64,000 nucleotides of DNA from Octopus vulgaris. Lineage: Eukaryota. Position numbers and translations under genes: made by a program. Location: NCBI GenBank assembly GCA_951406725.2, contig OX597825.1, positions 1,240,001 to 1,304,000 of the forward strand, written 5' to 3'. The notes under the pieces are model-generated. The model was not told the origin of the DNA. It worked only from the letters and a program-made list of their open reading frames with translations, and did no database searches. Numbering within the stretch: the stretch's first letter is position 1; the number at the start of each line of letters is the position of its first letter. Below are positions 52,835 to 64,000 of the stretch, piece after piece.

Positions 52835-53022
52835 CCACTTCACAACCAATGTTGGTGTGTTTACGTCCTTGTAACTTAGCAGTTTAGTAAAAGAGATTGA
52901 TAGAGTAAGTACTAGGCTTACAAAGAATAAGTCCTGGGGTTGATTTGTTTGACTAAAGGTGGTGCTCCAGCATGGCCACAGTCTAATGACTGAAACATGT
53001 AAAAGAATAAAAGAATAAAAGA
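52835..53022 (+). mobile_element. SINE family A 3' half
   Basis: Close match to 37170-37349; tail AAAAGAATAAAAGAATAAAAG. Confidence 0.8.
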
Positions 53023-53916
53023 AATATATACATATATATATATATATTAATAAATAAACTTGTGTACATATATATATATAAACGTACATATATATATATA
53101 AGCATGTACATATAAAACCAAATATACATCAGTGTCTGTGTGTGTATATATGTGAGTATACATATAAGTGTGCATGTATATATTGCAAAGTGTGAGTGCA
53201 TATATATATATATATACTATTAAGAAATATTTCTACTGAATGAATGACTTGCCACAAAGGAGATATACACATCCCACCAAGCTGTGTAATTCCTTCCTAA
53301 TTCTATTTGAATTCAAGTGAATACAATTTGTTATCAGGCTGTGTTTTGACATGTAAATTAATAAAGCATAAAGCCTCTTAAAGTAACTGCACTTTTTTCC
53401 CCAATCATGACATTCCCGCTTTATCTTAAGAGGGGACAATCTGTGGCATATTTGTGCTAACAAATAAAAAGGCAGCGGAATGAAATTGTTGAGTGTGTGT
53501 GTGTGCGTGTGTCTGTGTCTGTGTGTGTGTGTATAAAATGTGAGTACATTATACATATGTATAATAAGTGTACATTATGCCCGTATGTGTGCGTATATAT
53601 ATACACACACACACACACACATATATTATAAATATACATTATATATACATAGGTACACATCTAAGTCTACATTTTATATATATGTTTATACACACACACA
53701 AACATATATACATATATAGTCATTCACCTTCAAACATAGGATTAACTATAATCATGTTTACTTGGCACATGAGACTTGCAGGATTTAATTCTCTGGAAGG
53801 CTGTTTTTATTGTCCTTCAATCTTAAACCATCATCATCATCATCAATGTTAGTGTATATATTTGTGTACATGTTTGTAAGATTCAGTGTGCATGCGTGTG
53901 TTTTCCCACACACCTG

Positions 53917-53947
<31 letters not shown>

Positions 53948-55603
53948 ATTGATGCAAAAATCTTTCATAAAATCTTGGCTACTGAAATATTTTCTTTTTG
54001 CTTTACAACTTTCCTTTGTTTTCACCATCGCTTGCTTAGAGGAGGAAGGGCTGCACTTGTTTATATCCCTTTTTTTCAGGAGTTTCTGAAACTCAACAGG
54101 GAGAAGAATCAGAGAGATCAAGCTCTTTATTATTATCATAAGTTCAGTATCATTTTTATTCATCAACAAACTCCACTTATGGGCTGCTGCAGTGTATAAT
54201 GATGTTGTGTCATCCTCATATTAAAAGCTGGCTCTGAATTCTTGCATTAGAGTGGATGTTGCTAAATGCACTTAATGGTCAGGTATTAGCATCATGTTAA
54301 ACTGGACACCAGTTTGGGTCTAACACAAAATTAGATTCTTCATTTTGTACACTAGGTTCTGTATTTTGTTAGAGAAGAGCTTGTAATCTTTAGTTAAGGA
54401 TTTGGCACTGAGGCTGGTGCCAGAAAAGAAAAAGCAAAAAAAAAAAACCAGAATACTTTGTAAGGTATTAAGAAAAGCATATAACCGTAGATACCAAGCT
54501 GAGGATGAAACACATGGTCCTCTAGTTTCTTTAGGTGAGCACTATCCCCAAATATCTGCTGACTCAAACATTAGTGACCTTTCCAACTCATGCCAGCATG
54601 AAAATTGCTCAGTCCAGGAATTGAACTCACTACATCATGATTGTGAGCCCAATGAGCCATGTACCTTCACTGGGTTCCTTCACTGTTAAAATTACCAGAC
54701 TTTGAAGAGAAATAAACAAGGTGTGGCATGACTGGACAATTGGCAATTAAACAACAAACAAAACTGATGTCATCATTATTATCAGGTCCACCAATAGGTG
54801 ACACAGGCATGTGGCCCTTGAGCTGCTAAAATGATATTCAAATCTGCTTCAAATCACACCCAACCATCTTCAAAATAAAAAAAAAGATGTAGCCTTAGAT
54901 ATAATACATCTAAATAGAAGATGGGAAGGTTACTGCCTAGGACACCTTTGACCACATGCTTGGGTATATCAGGGGTAACCTCAGGTTCAAAAGCAGAATC
55001 AACCATTGTGGTTGTAAATACCTGTGTAGCACAAGGTCCATGTCTGGATCAATATATGATGTCTCCTTACTTCAATAATTCTGCCAAATCTTCATACAGC
55101 TAAAATTCTCTGACACTGCACTAAATACTAAGGACATTACACAGAGAGAAAAATATCTTATTGATAATGAATGAATGCATTAATAAACTGGTAGACAATG
55201 TATGAATTCAAGCAAAAATATAATAAAATACTGTTAAACAAAATGGAGATAAATCAGACAACATTAACAACAGAAAGAAAATGAATAAAATTCTAGTTCT
55301 AATATAATGAAAGAGTTCATCAGAGTGCTGCAACATATTTACACTTCCTAAACATAGAGAAACGTCTCCAATACAGCACAAAAGTTCTGTAAAAAGCGAA
55401 AAAGAAAATCACAGATAAAGCTAGAAGAAAATAACAGAAGCCATAGTGTTACAAAAAGTATATCTAAGGTTACATTCAATATAGAAAATAGGTAAATATA
55501 TATCTTGTGCTACAGACAAGATACACCAATGCGTATTGGCAGCACAATTGATAGAGAAAGATGTATGTGTTTATGTGTGTGTATGCATGTGTGTGTGTGT
55601 GCA

Positions 55604-55645
<42 letters not shown>

Positions 55646-55849
55646 TAGATAGATTGATAGATAGATTGATAGATAGGTAGATAGATAGATAGATATGCAT
55701 GTGTTTGTATGAGGCTACAGATATTGGTTTATCAGAACCAAAGCAAAATATAAGACAAAATATATTTAATGGTTTAGACAGGATATAATGTAAGCACATC
55801 TGACATTCTTGACAAGATATGATGGGCTCTCCATCGGAGAGACTGTATC

Positions 55850-56346
55850 AGTGTTCAGCTTTTGCCGAACGACCCACACAGAGGATTTGTTTATAGTGAT
55901 CAAATGTGTTGTCCATTAGCTCACTCTCCCCTCCATCAAACCAACATGGCTTGAATAGGTGCACAGTATACTGTGCGTCAAGTGTTGAAGTGATTGCCAG
56001 AGGAACACAAGACAAAATGTTTTGCTTAAGAACACAGCACGCCACCCAGCCTGGGAACTGAAACCAGGATCTCGTGATTGGAAATGCAGCACCCTAATCA
56101 CTAGGCCATGCATCCTCACCACTATATTCCAATGACAAGATATACAAGGTATATATTTAGTGATACAAACCAAATATAACTTGGTTATATCTGATACAAC
56201 ATGGATATATCATGGATATAACACCACCTGATATAACACGGATATATCAGGTGGTGTAACCACATTAAAGTAGGAATATTCCTGATGGTGATGCAAATAA
56301 GCTGCAGCAGAGATAGATCTGGAGGTACACACAAGATATAACATAA

Positions 56347-56394
<48 letters not shown>

Positions 56395-56690
56395 CGTTAG
56401 AATAACTGAAGACAAGACATAGGCTTTTCTCAGTTGTTACAGACAACTTGTAGCATGTTATATATTTCTATGCTAATGATAGGATATAAGATGCAAAATA
56501 GGTACAAACTCTACTGAACAATGCTTGGCACCGGTGACGTTGCAACCAATTTCTATGGCTGAGTGAACTGGAGCAATGTGAAATAAAGTGTCTTGCTCAA
56601 GAACACAATATACAACCCGGTGTGTGAACTGATCTCGCTACTTCATGATTGTGAGCCCAATGCTCTAACCACTGAGCCATGTGTCTTCAC
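55850..56690 (-). mobile_element. Two further tRNA-derived SINE remnants (about 55850-56120 and 56520-56690)
   Basis: Both carry AAGTGTCTTGCTCAAGAACACA-like and CTAA(C/T)CACT..GCCATG tRNA-head-like motifs. Confidence 0.55.
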
Positions 56691-56716
56691 TGATGGGAAA
56701 GTATTTCCCATTTAAA

Positions 56717-56969
56717 TCTTTTATCTTTTACTTGTTTTAGTCATTAGACTGTGGCCATGCTGGGGCACCATCCTGAAGAATTTTTAGTCGAATGAATCGA
56801 CCCTAGTCCTTGGTGTTTTTTAAAGCCTGATATTTATTCTGTTGGTCTCCTTTGCCAAACCACTAAGTTACAGAGATGTAACCACATCAACACCGGTTTT
56901 GAAGTAGTGGTGAAGAACAAGCACAGACACACACGTGCATGCACCTGTGTGCACACACACACACACGTC

Positions 56970-57006
<37 letters not shown>

Positions 57007-57118
57007 ACAGCTTTCTTTTAGTTTTGGTCAACCAAATCCGCTCACAAGGTTTTGGTTGGCCTGAGACTCTAGTAGAAGGCACTTGCCCAAGATGCCACAC
57101 AGTGAGATTGAACCATGA
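56717..57118 (-). mobile_element. SINE family A copy
   Basis: TCTTTTATCTTTTACTTGTTTTAGTCATTAGACTGTGGCCATGCTGGGGCACC...AGTAGAAGGCACTTGCCCAAG. Confidence 0.8.
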
Positions 57119-57490
57119 GATACATAGAATTAATTATTTTCTTAACTTATGTCTAATTATGAATCAATAATATCTGTGATAATATACAATATGAAATAGA
57201 TAGATAAACAGACAATAAGATGTTAACAATCATTTTGAACTTTGATGATCCTACAACTTGCCAGTGTCATCCTCCTCATCATTTCAATGTCCACTTTTCC
57301 ATGGTAGCATCGTTCAGACACATGTTATGGAAGCAGATTTTCTACAGCTCTTTCTGTTGCCAACCTTCATCTGTTTCTAAGTGAGACGCCCCAAAGGACA
57401 GACAGGTTTTTACAAAGGACTGGAGACAAACAATACCATCTGTATGATGATGATGCTCATTTACAGATTCACATGATGTCAAGACAAGGA

Positions 57491-57539
<49 letters not shown>

Positions 57540-59169
57540 ATGATAGTTTTTTTTCAGTTTCTGTCCAGCATATTCACTCACAAAGCCTTGGTCAGTCTTG
57601 GGCCATAGCAGAAGACACATGCCTAAGGTTTCAGTGGGATTGAACCTGAAAGCATGTGGTCAAGAAACAAACCTTTCAATCACGAGGCCGTGCCTGTATT
57701 TGCATAACCTGCTCTGATACGACTAAATATATTAGTTCATCTAAGAAACAACTCTCATTGCACAAAAGAAAACTTCTGCTTTCAAACTGATTATGTTTTA
57801 ATAAAAAAACTTTCCTAATTTTCTTTATGGAGCTTTCATTATGTTCCGTATCAAACACTAATTTAATAATGACAAAGTTAGTTACTTTGCTAAATAAATT
57901 CTCCCAAATTCTTGATTGTTTTTAGAATTAATTGAAACACTTGAATGGTGTATTTCATTAGGAATTTGGTCATGAAAAAGTTAAAACATTATGATGGCTT
58001 TCTTCTTAATTGAAGAAGGATATTTAGAAAAATTCTGTCATTTTTCTCTCATTACAAGAGTACATTCAGCCATTTATCTATTCGAATTTTTGACAGCTAA
58101 CAACTCACATATTGGACATTTTATTGATTAGTCAAAATATGAGGAACTTATTTTTTGAAACACAAAAACAAAATAAAAATAAAATATGAAAGCACGAATT
58201 TCAAAACAACATATGTCGTTTGTGTTCAGTAATAATAATTACTGATTATACAAAGTATTCAGCTCACACCAGTGTATAATGTTTGGAGAGACTGCAGATG
58301 AAAATGATAAGAACAAGCTATAATTATAGGCTGTATTTCCTGAATAGCAAAACAAAAAAAAGTTTTAAAGAATGCATATAATTTAATAGTTCTTTGCTTA
58401 AAATTGACTGTTAACCATGTTTTAAAAAAATATTTGAATGGCTTTTAGATAAATACATGTATTATTAGAAAGATTGAACTTTCGAAGGGATCGGAACCGG
58501 TTTAGATTGAAATTTAGAATAAACATTAGAAGGGACACATATCAGATAGAATAAAACACGAAGCATAATTAATAATTAGATAATTTTTCGACAACATTTA
58601 TAAATAACTGAATCAACTCCAATGTATTAATTAATAATAATACTCCATTAACACCAGGAGGCTGAAGAATAGAAATGAATGGAGAATGATTTTAAATTGT
58701 AACTGAGAACATGTATGGCCATGTGGTTAAACAGTTTGCTTCTCAACAACATGGGTTTTGGGTTTGCCACTACATAGCATCTTGACCATCTGCTATTATA
58801 ACCTTTGCTGACCAAAGCTTGGTGTATGAAATTTCAGGAAACTATACAAAAGACCATTGGAGAACGCTTTCCAGTTTTTGGGTGGTTGACTCAATTTGTT
58901 GTCCAAATTGTGTAATTTCTTAGGTGAAAAAAAAAAAAGAAAATGACTGTTCAAAAAAAGGGACTAAGTTCATTGTCAGAATGAATATTATTTCATCTAT
59001 AATGTGTCCTCTTACAGTATATATTGACATCTTCAGGGTTCTTATCCTATCTTGTCTAAAGTGAGAACTAATATTATTTCTAGTCTCATGTGAAAAGTAT
59101 TTTGAATTAGTTAATGTACGCTGTAAGGTCATACATTTTAAATAAACATATATGTGTATGTGTGTGCCA

Positions 59170-59862
59170 GATGGACCCAGCGGAAGAGGTAGACCCAGGA
59201 AGACCTGGGATGAGGTGGTGAAGCATGATCTTTGAACATTGGGCCTCACCAAGGCAATGACAAGTGACCAAGACCTTTGGAGATACGATGTGCTTGGGAA
59301 GACCCAGCAAGCCAAGTGAGACTATAATTGTGGCCTATGCCAGTGCTGTATAACCAGCACATTTAAGAGTACCCTTCAATCACTGGACCATAAACTATGC
59401 TTGTGAAGACCTGTTGAGGCAAATGAAATCGCTGCCATTGCCGATGACAGTACTGCCTGATTGGCACCTGTGCCAGTGGAATGTTAAAAGCATCATTCGA
59501 GCATGATTGTTGCCAGGGCTGCTGACTGGCTCCCGTGCTTGTGGCACATAAAAAAAAGCACCATTCAAGTGTGATTGTTGCCAGTGGCGCCAGACTGGCT
59601 CCTGTGCCGGTGGCACATAAAAAGCACCATTTGAGCGAGGTCATTGCCAGTATTGCCTGACTGGCCCTCATGCTGGTGACATGTAAAAGCACCCACTACA
59701 CACTCAGAGTGGTTGGTGTTAGGAAGGGCATCCAGCTGTAGAAACTCTGCCAGATCAGATTGGAGACTGATGCAGCCTTCTGGCTTGCCAGTCCTCAGTC
59801 AAACCATCCAACCCATGCCAACATGCAAAATGGACGTTAAATGATGATGATGATGATGATGA
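59170..59862 (+). mobile_element. RTE-clade LINE 3' end with 3' UTR containing about 4 internal ~62-bp repeats and a (GAT)n tail
   Basis: Translates GPSGRGRPRKTWDEVVKHDL*TLGLTKAMTSDQDLWRYDVLGKTQQAK*. Repeated AAAAGCACCATT..TGATTGTTGCCAG..GACTGGCTCC units at 59460-59695. Terminal GACGTTAAATGATGATGAT. Confidence 0.85.
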
Positions 59863-61484
59863 TTCTGGTGATGGAGAAATATTACCTTGCAAACAGGTGA
59901 GGATTGGTGACAGGAAGGGCTTCCAGTTGTAAAAAATTTGCCTCAATAAATTCTGTCTGACTCATGTGAGCATAGAGCGGTGAACATGAAAATGATGATG
60001 ATGATGATGTCCCAGCAATATTAAGGAACAAACGGATGTCATGCCTGCAGAATCATTAGCATAAACACAGACAAAATGCTGCTAAGTGATTTTGTCTGTG
60101 TTTAAATTTTTCTGAGGTTGACTTTGCCCTTCATTATTTTAGGTTGATAAAGATTGGTACCAGTTAAACATTGGGGTTGATGTAGTTGACACCCCCACCT
60201 CCAGCCTTGCACCAAAATTTGAAACCAATATTAAGAAACAAGACTTAGGCAATAACGAATTCATGGTAATACATCTAACGATGCTTTTATGTATTTTTGA
60301 ATTCGACCAAAACGAATGATTTTTTGCAAGGATTTACTCTTCTGCTCTGAGCAATAATTTCTAAAAGCTAGGAATCAGAAATGCTACATTTCCTTGAGCT
60401 AATACCAATCAGATCATCTAGGTTTATCAAATCTTTCTTGTGGAAATGAAATTGATTTTCCAATTAGTTGGAAAGTAATTCCATTGAATGCCATAATATC
60501 AAGAAAATATATTAGCAACGTAATAAGATACAACCAAGCGATTCCTCATCAGGTTCTTGTTTTTTCTTTTCTTTTTTTGCCTGAAATGGAATTATGTTTC
60601 GAATAATGAGTTCCTAGTTTGTCTTTCAGTATCATGCTCATTAATCATTCAATCCCATTTTCATGCTAAAAATGAAGACTTTAGTTTTCTTATAATGCAA
60701 CATTTCTACCTGAATAGCCATTTTCTTCAACTGGAAATTTAAAGAAAATAAATATCTGGAAATTGGCAATTAGAAATGAAATGAAAAATTGTGTATAAAG
60801 TGGCAATTTCTATCCTTATTCTGTTCTTTCTCTGCTATTCATGATAATTCATTGAGTATTTATGGTACCATGTAACCATGTGTATATCTTGATGGAGAGT
60901 TTGGTATGATGGTTACAAGAATAAAATGCATGCATACACACATATACGACTCCTCATGGAGTCACAGGAGCAATGCCATGATAGGGGACATCTTTTGGAC
61001 AAGCTGAACACAGCATGGCCGAGTATTCCTCAGATCTAAACATAACTGGGAAAAAAAAAGAGAAAGAAAAAAAGCAGAATCAACTTCAATACTTTACTGG
61101 TGTTTTGTTGACCCGGAAAGGAAGAAAGGCAAAGACCACCTTGGTGCTATTTGAACTGATTTGTAGGAAGCAAAAATAAATACGACAAAGCATTCTGTCC
61201 AACATTCAAATGGCTTCGTCAGTTGACCACCTCTTCTGTGTGTATTAGATATGGAAGATGAAAAAGGATGAATTTAACACAAGGAATTTGTATTGAGGGC
61301 TGTGCTAGGAACACAAAGCTACACAGACACACAGACACACACACACGAAAAGTTAACTTTTTAAACTACATTCTTTGCTTATAATGATCATTCTGTTTTT
61401 TTTTTAGATAAACTACAAGCTATTGAACAAAAGAAAACTTATGCAATGTGGATTTGTCACGAAGAAAATATTTGCCAATATGTT

Positions 61485-61625
61485 TGTTGAAGAGGAAGAC
61501 CCAGAAAAACACGGGATGAAGTGGAAAAATTGATCTCCAAATGTTGATCCTCACAGAGATGGCAATGGACTGAGACAACTGGAAATATTCTGTGCTTGAG
61601 AAGACCCTTCCAGGATAGTAAAACC
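61485..61625 (+). mobile_element. RTE LINE 3' fragment
   Basis: GAAGAGGAAGACCCAGAAAAACACGGGATGAAGTGG (RGRPRKTRDEV), homologous to 59180-59320. Confidence 0.7.
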
Positions 61626-61950
61626 CATGTCCACGACTCCCTCACACTCCCACAGCCTGCCTATGCTCACCACCATCACTGTTTCTCTACTTCCCCTCCA
61701 TTCTCCCTTCCTGCACACAATTTGCCCTTTTAAATCCCTTCCCTCCATACCTAACTCCCATTCACCTTTCAAAATTTTGTGAATCCACTCACCTACCCAC
61801 CCTCTCCAATTCCTTGTTCACACCACTATATACACCACCTTGTAACTTAGGTGTATGGCCCCTGCTCCCTCCCTGCCATCTTCACCACCACCTTCTCTAA
61901 CTGAAGATGCCATGTCTCTCTTCTAATGCAAAACACCTTTCTGTCCCTCA

Positions 61951-62184
61951 ATACCTATTTCTTTACTACCCACAAGGGGCTAAACACAGAGAGGACAAAC
62001 AAGGACAAACGGATTAAGTCAATTATATCGACTCCAGTGTGTAACTGGTACTTATTTAATCGACCCCGAAAGGATGAAAGGCAATGTCGACCTCGGCAGA
62101 ATTTGAACTCAGAACATAGCGGCAGATGAAATACCGCTAAGCATTTTGCCTGGTGTGCTAACGTTTCTGCCAGCTCGCCGCCTT
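61951..62184 (-). mobile_element. SINE family B copy
   Basis: ATACCTATTTCTTTACTACCCACAAGGGGCTAAACACAGAGAGGACAAACAAGGAC is identical to 48523-48578; CpG-rich, so probably young. Confidence 0.85.
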
Positions 62185-62854
62185 AAATACCATTCCTCTC
62201 AATACCTATCCCTCAATACCATTCCTCTCAGCTGAAAGGCCTTGTTCTGCAAATTGCTGCTGTTGGTGCCGTGTAAAAAGCACCCTGTACACTCTGTAAA
62301 GTGGTTGGCATTATGAAGAGTATCTGGGTGTAGAAAGCATGCCTAAATAGACAGAAGAGCTTGGCTTAGTCTTTTGATCTGCCTATTCCTGTCAAAGTCT
62401 CCAACCCATGTCAGACTGGAAAATGAACATTAAATGATGATGATGAGGAGGAGGAGGGGAATAGCAGTGATTCCTCCTACCACCAACATATCACTTCAAC
62501 ATAATATTCGGAGTGGTTGGTGTTAGGAAGGGCATCCAGCTGTAGAAACATTGCCAGATAAGACTGGAGCCTGGTGCAGCCTTCTGGCTTCCCAGATCCC
62601 CGGATGAACCGTATGATGACTGTTTCTATGTTGTTTAGTTCTCAGCAGCCCTAATTGAGCCCATCTTTGATCAAAGGGTTCTGCTCGTGGACGTGAAATC
62701 TCTGTTTTGTTTTCTTTTCTTTTCAAGCTGAGTCAACCTCAGGCTTAATTATTCTCGGGTATCCTTTATTAAGCCAGTAGGGTATGGTTTGCAGGTGATC
62801 AAGCTGTTATTTCCAGAAGGCCTAGCAACAACATATAGGTTTCCTTGTGAAATT

Positions 62855-63208
62855 ATCTTTTATCTTTTACTTGTTTCACTCGGTGGACTGTGACCATGCT
62901 GGGGCACCATCTTGAAGGGTTTATTCAAGCAGAAGTGTTCAGTCAATCAACCTCACCACTTTTTTCTGAAGCCTACAACTATTGGTCTCTTTTGTCAAAC
63001 TATGTTACACTGGTTGCCAAATGGTGTTGGGGACACAACACAAAGGCACACATGCACACACACTCACATGATGGGCTTCTTTCAGTTTCAATTCATCAAA
63101 TCCACTCATAAGGCTTTATGGCTATGGCAGGAGATACCTGCTCAAGGTGGCTGAATCTCAAACTACAAAGCTGGGAGACAAGCTTCTTACACATTGTAGT
63201 CACACCTA
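62855..63208 (-). mobile_element. SINE family A copy
   Basis: Same head and tail motifs as 1230-1674. Additional 5' pieces at about 26410-26520, 42570-42725 and 57540-57697. Confidence 0.75.
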
Positions 63209-64000
63209 TATTTCTATCCTGGATTTTGTTAGACAGAGTTGCTTCATTTGACACAGGGCCTTTAGACAGTTCACTGAATTAAAGCAATGAAGATTTATGA
63301 ATAAGAACATGTTACATTAAAGGATATTACACAGCATTTAAATCTCTTCTTCCTATCTACTTGTTGCTGTTCTGACCCAGCTTGGCACTGATTGACCACA
63401 ACTATGACTGAAGGCATATCACCAATGCCCATTTTGTCTGTTTGTACATCGGTGACTGCATCACTGAATGGGCACTTTATTCAGGATGGTAAAGTATGAC
63501 ATAGGGGAGATTTGGCTACTATTTCTAACTTGCTGGGCATTTGAGTAGATATTTTATCTCAGCTTCTTTTTATATTGTTTATTTTTAGCAAAGATGTTTA
63601 AAGAATATGTAGTATTTGCAAGTAGAGAGAGCTTTCGTCACTAGCTGGTGGTTGGATGGATGGATAACAGCCAGAAACCTAGGTCTGTGAGTATCACGTA
63701 AGTCTAGAGATGGGAGTGATGACCTCCTTTGCAAATGCTATATAGGGACACAAGCTGTGTGTCGATGGCCAGCTGGAAAAGATGTTTTCCTGGGGCTAAA
63801 ACAACAGTAACATTATTCTTTAGAGGACTGCCATATTGTTGGCATAGAAACACAAATAAAAATTATATTTGCTAAAATGTAAAATATTGCACAGTCCAAA
63901 TTAATATGTTTTAACAGATTTTTAATTTGATTTAAAGTTATGATTGCTTTTGTTTTAATTTAATGCCACCTTCTTGATAATTTAGTTAGTATCAGTTCTG

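Noticed and set aside
52263-52887. 183-aa poly-Leu and 75-aa poly-Ile ORFs
   Set aside because: Products of (ATT)n/(GTT)n microsatellites plus SINE sequence

Overview
AT-rich eukaryotic DNA, almost certainly intronic or intergenic animal sequence. The SINE, RTE and microsatellite repertoire looks like an Octopus (coleoid cephalopod) genome; this is inferred from repeat recognition, not from a search. I see no intact protein-coding gene, rRNA, tRNA or CRISPR array. Almost all ORFs in the track are artefacts of (TA)n/(CA)n/(GA)n microsatellites or decayed repeats. Supported features: a full-length but disrupted Tc1 transposon with TIRs (50591-51799); RTE and other LINE remnants; several tRNA-derived SINE families; a hAT MITE; a Helitron/DINE-like element; two fold-back insertions of one family, one with a 12-bp TSD; a 31-bp minisatellite; and a near-identical 260-bp local duplication. 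The most interesting non-repeat signals are minus-strand splice signals and several strong hairpins. The splice signals include a consensus recursive-splicing-type AG|GTAAGT site with a stop-containing 83-nt exon (31677-31759) and a cluster of candidate exons at 8.1-9.3 kb, two of them tandemly duplicated. The hairpins could be pre-miRNAs or ADAR substrates. All of these need RNA data to confirm.
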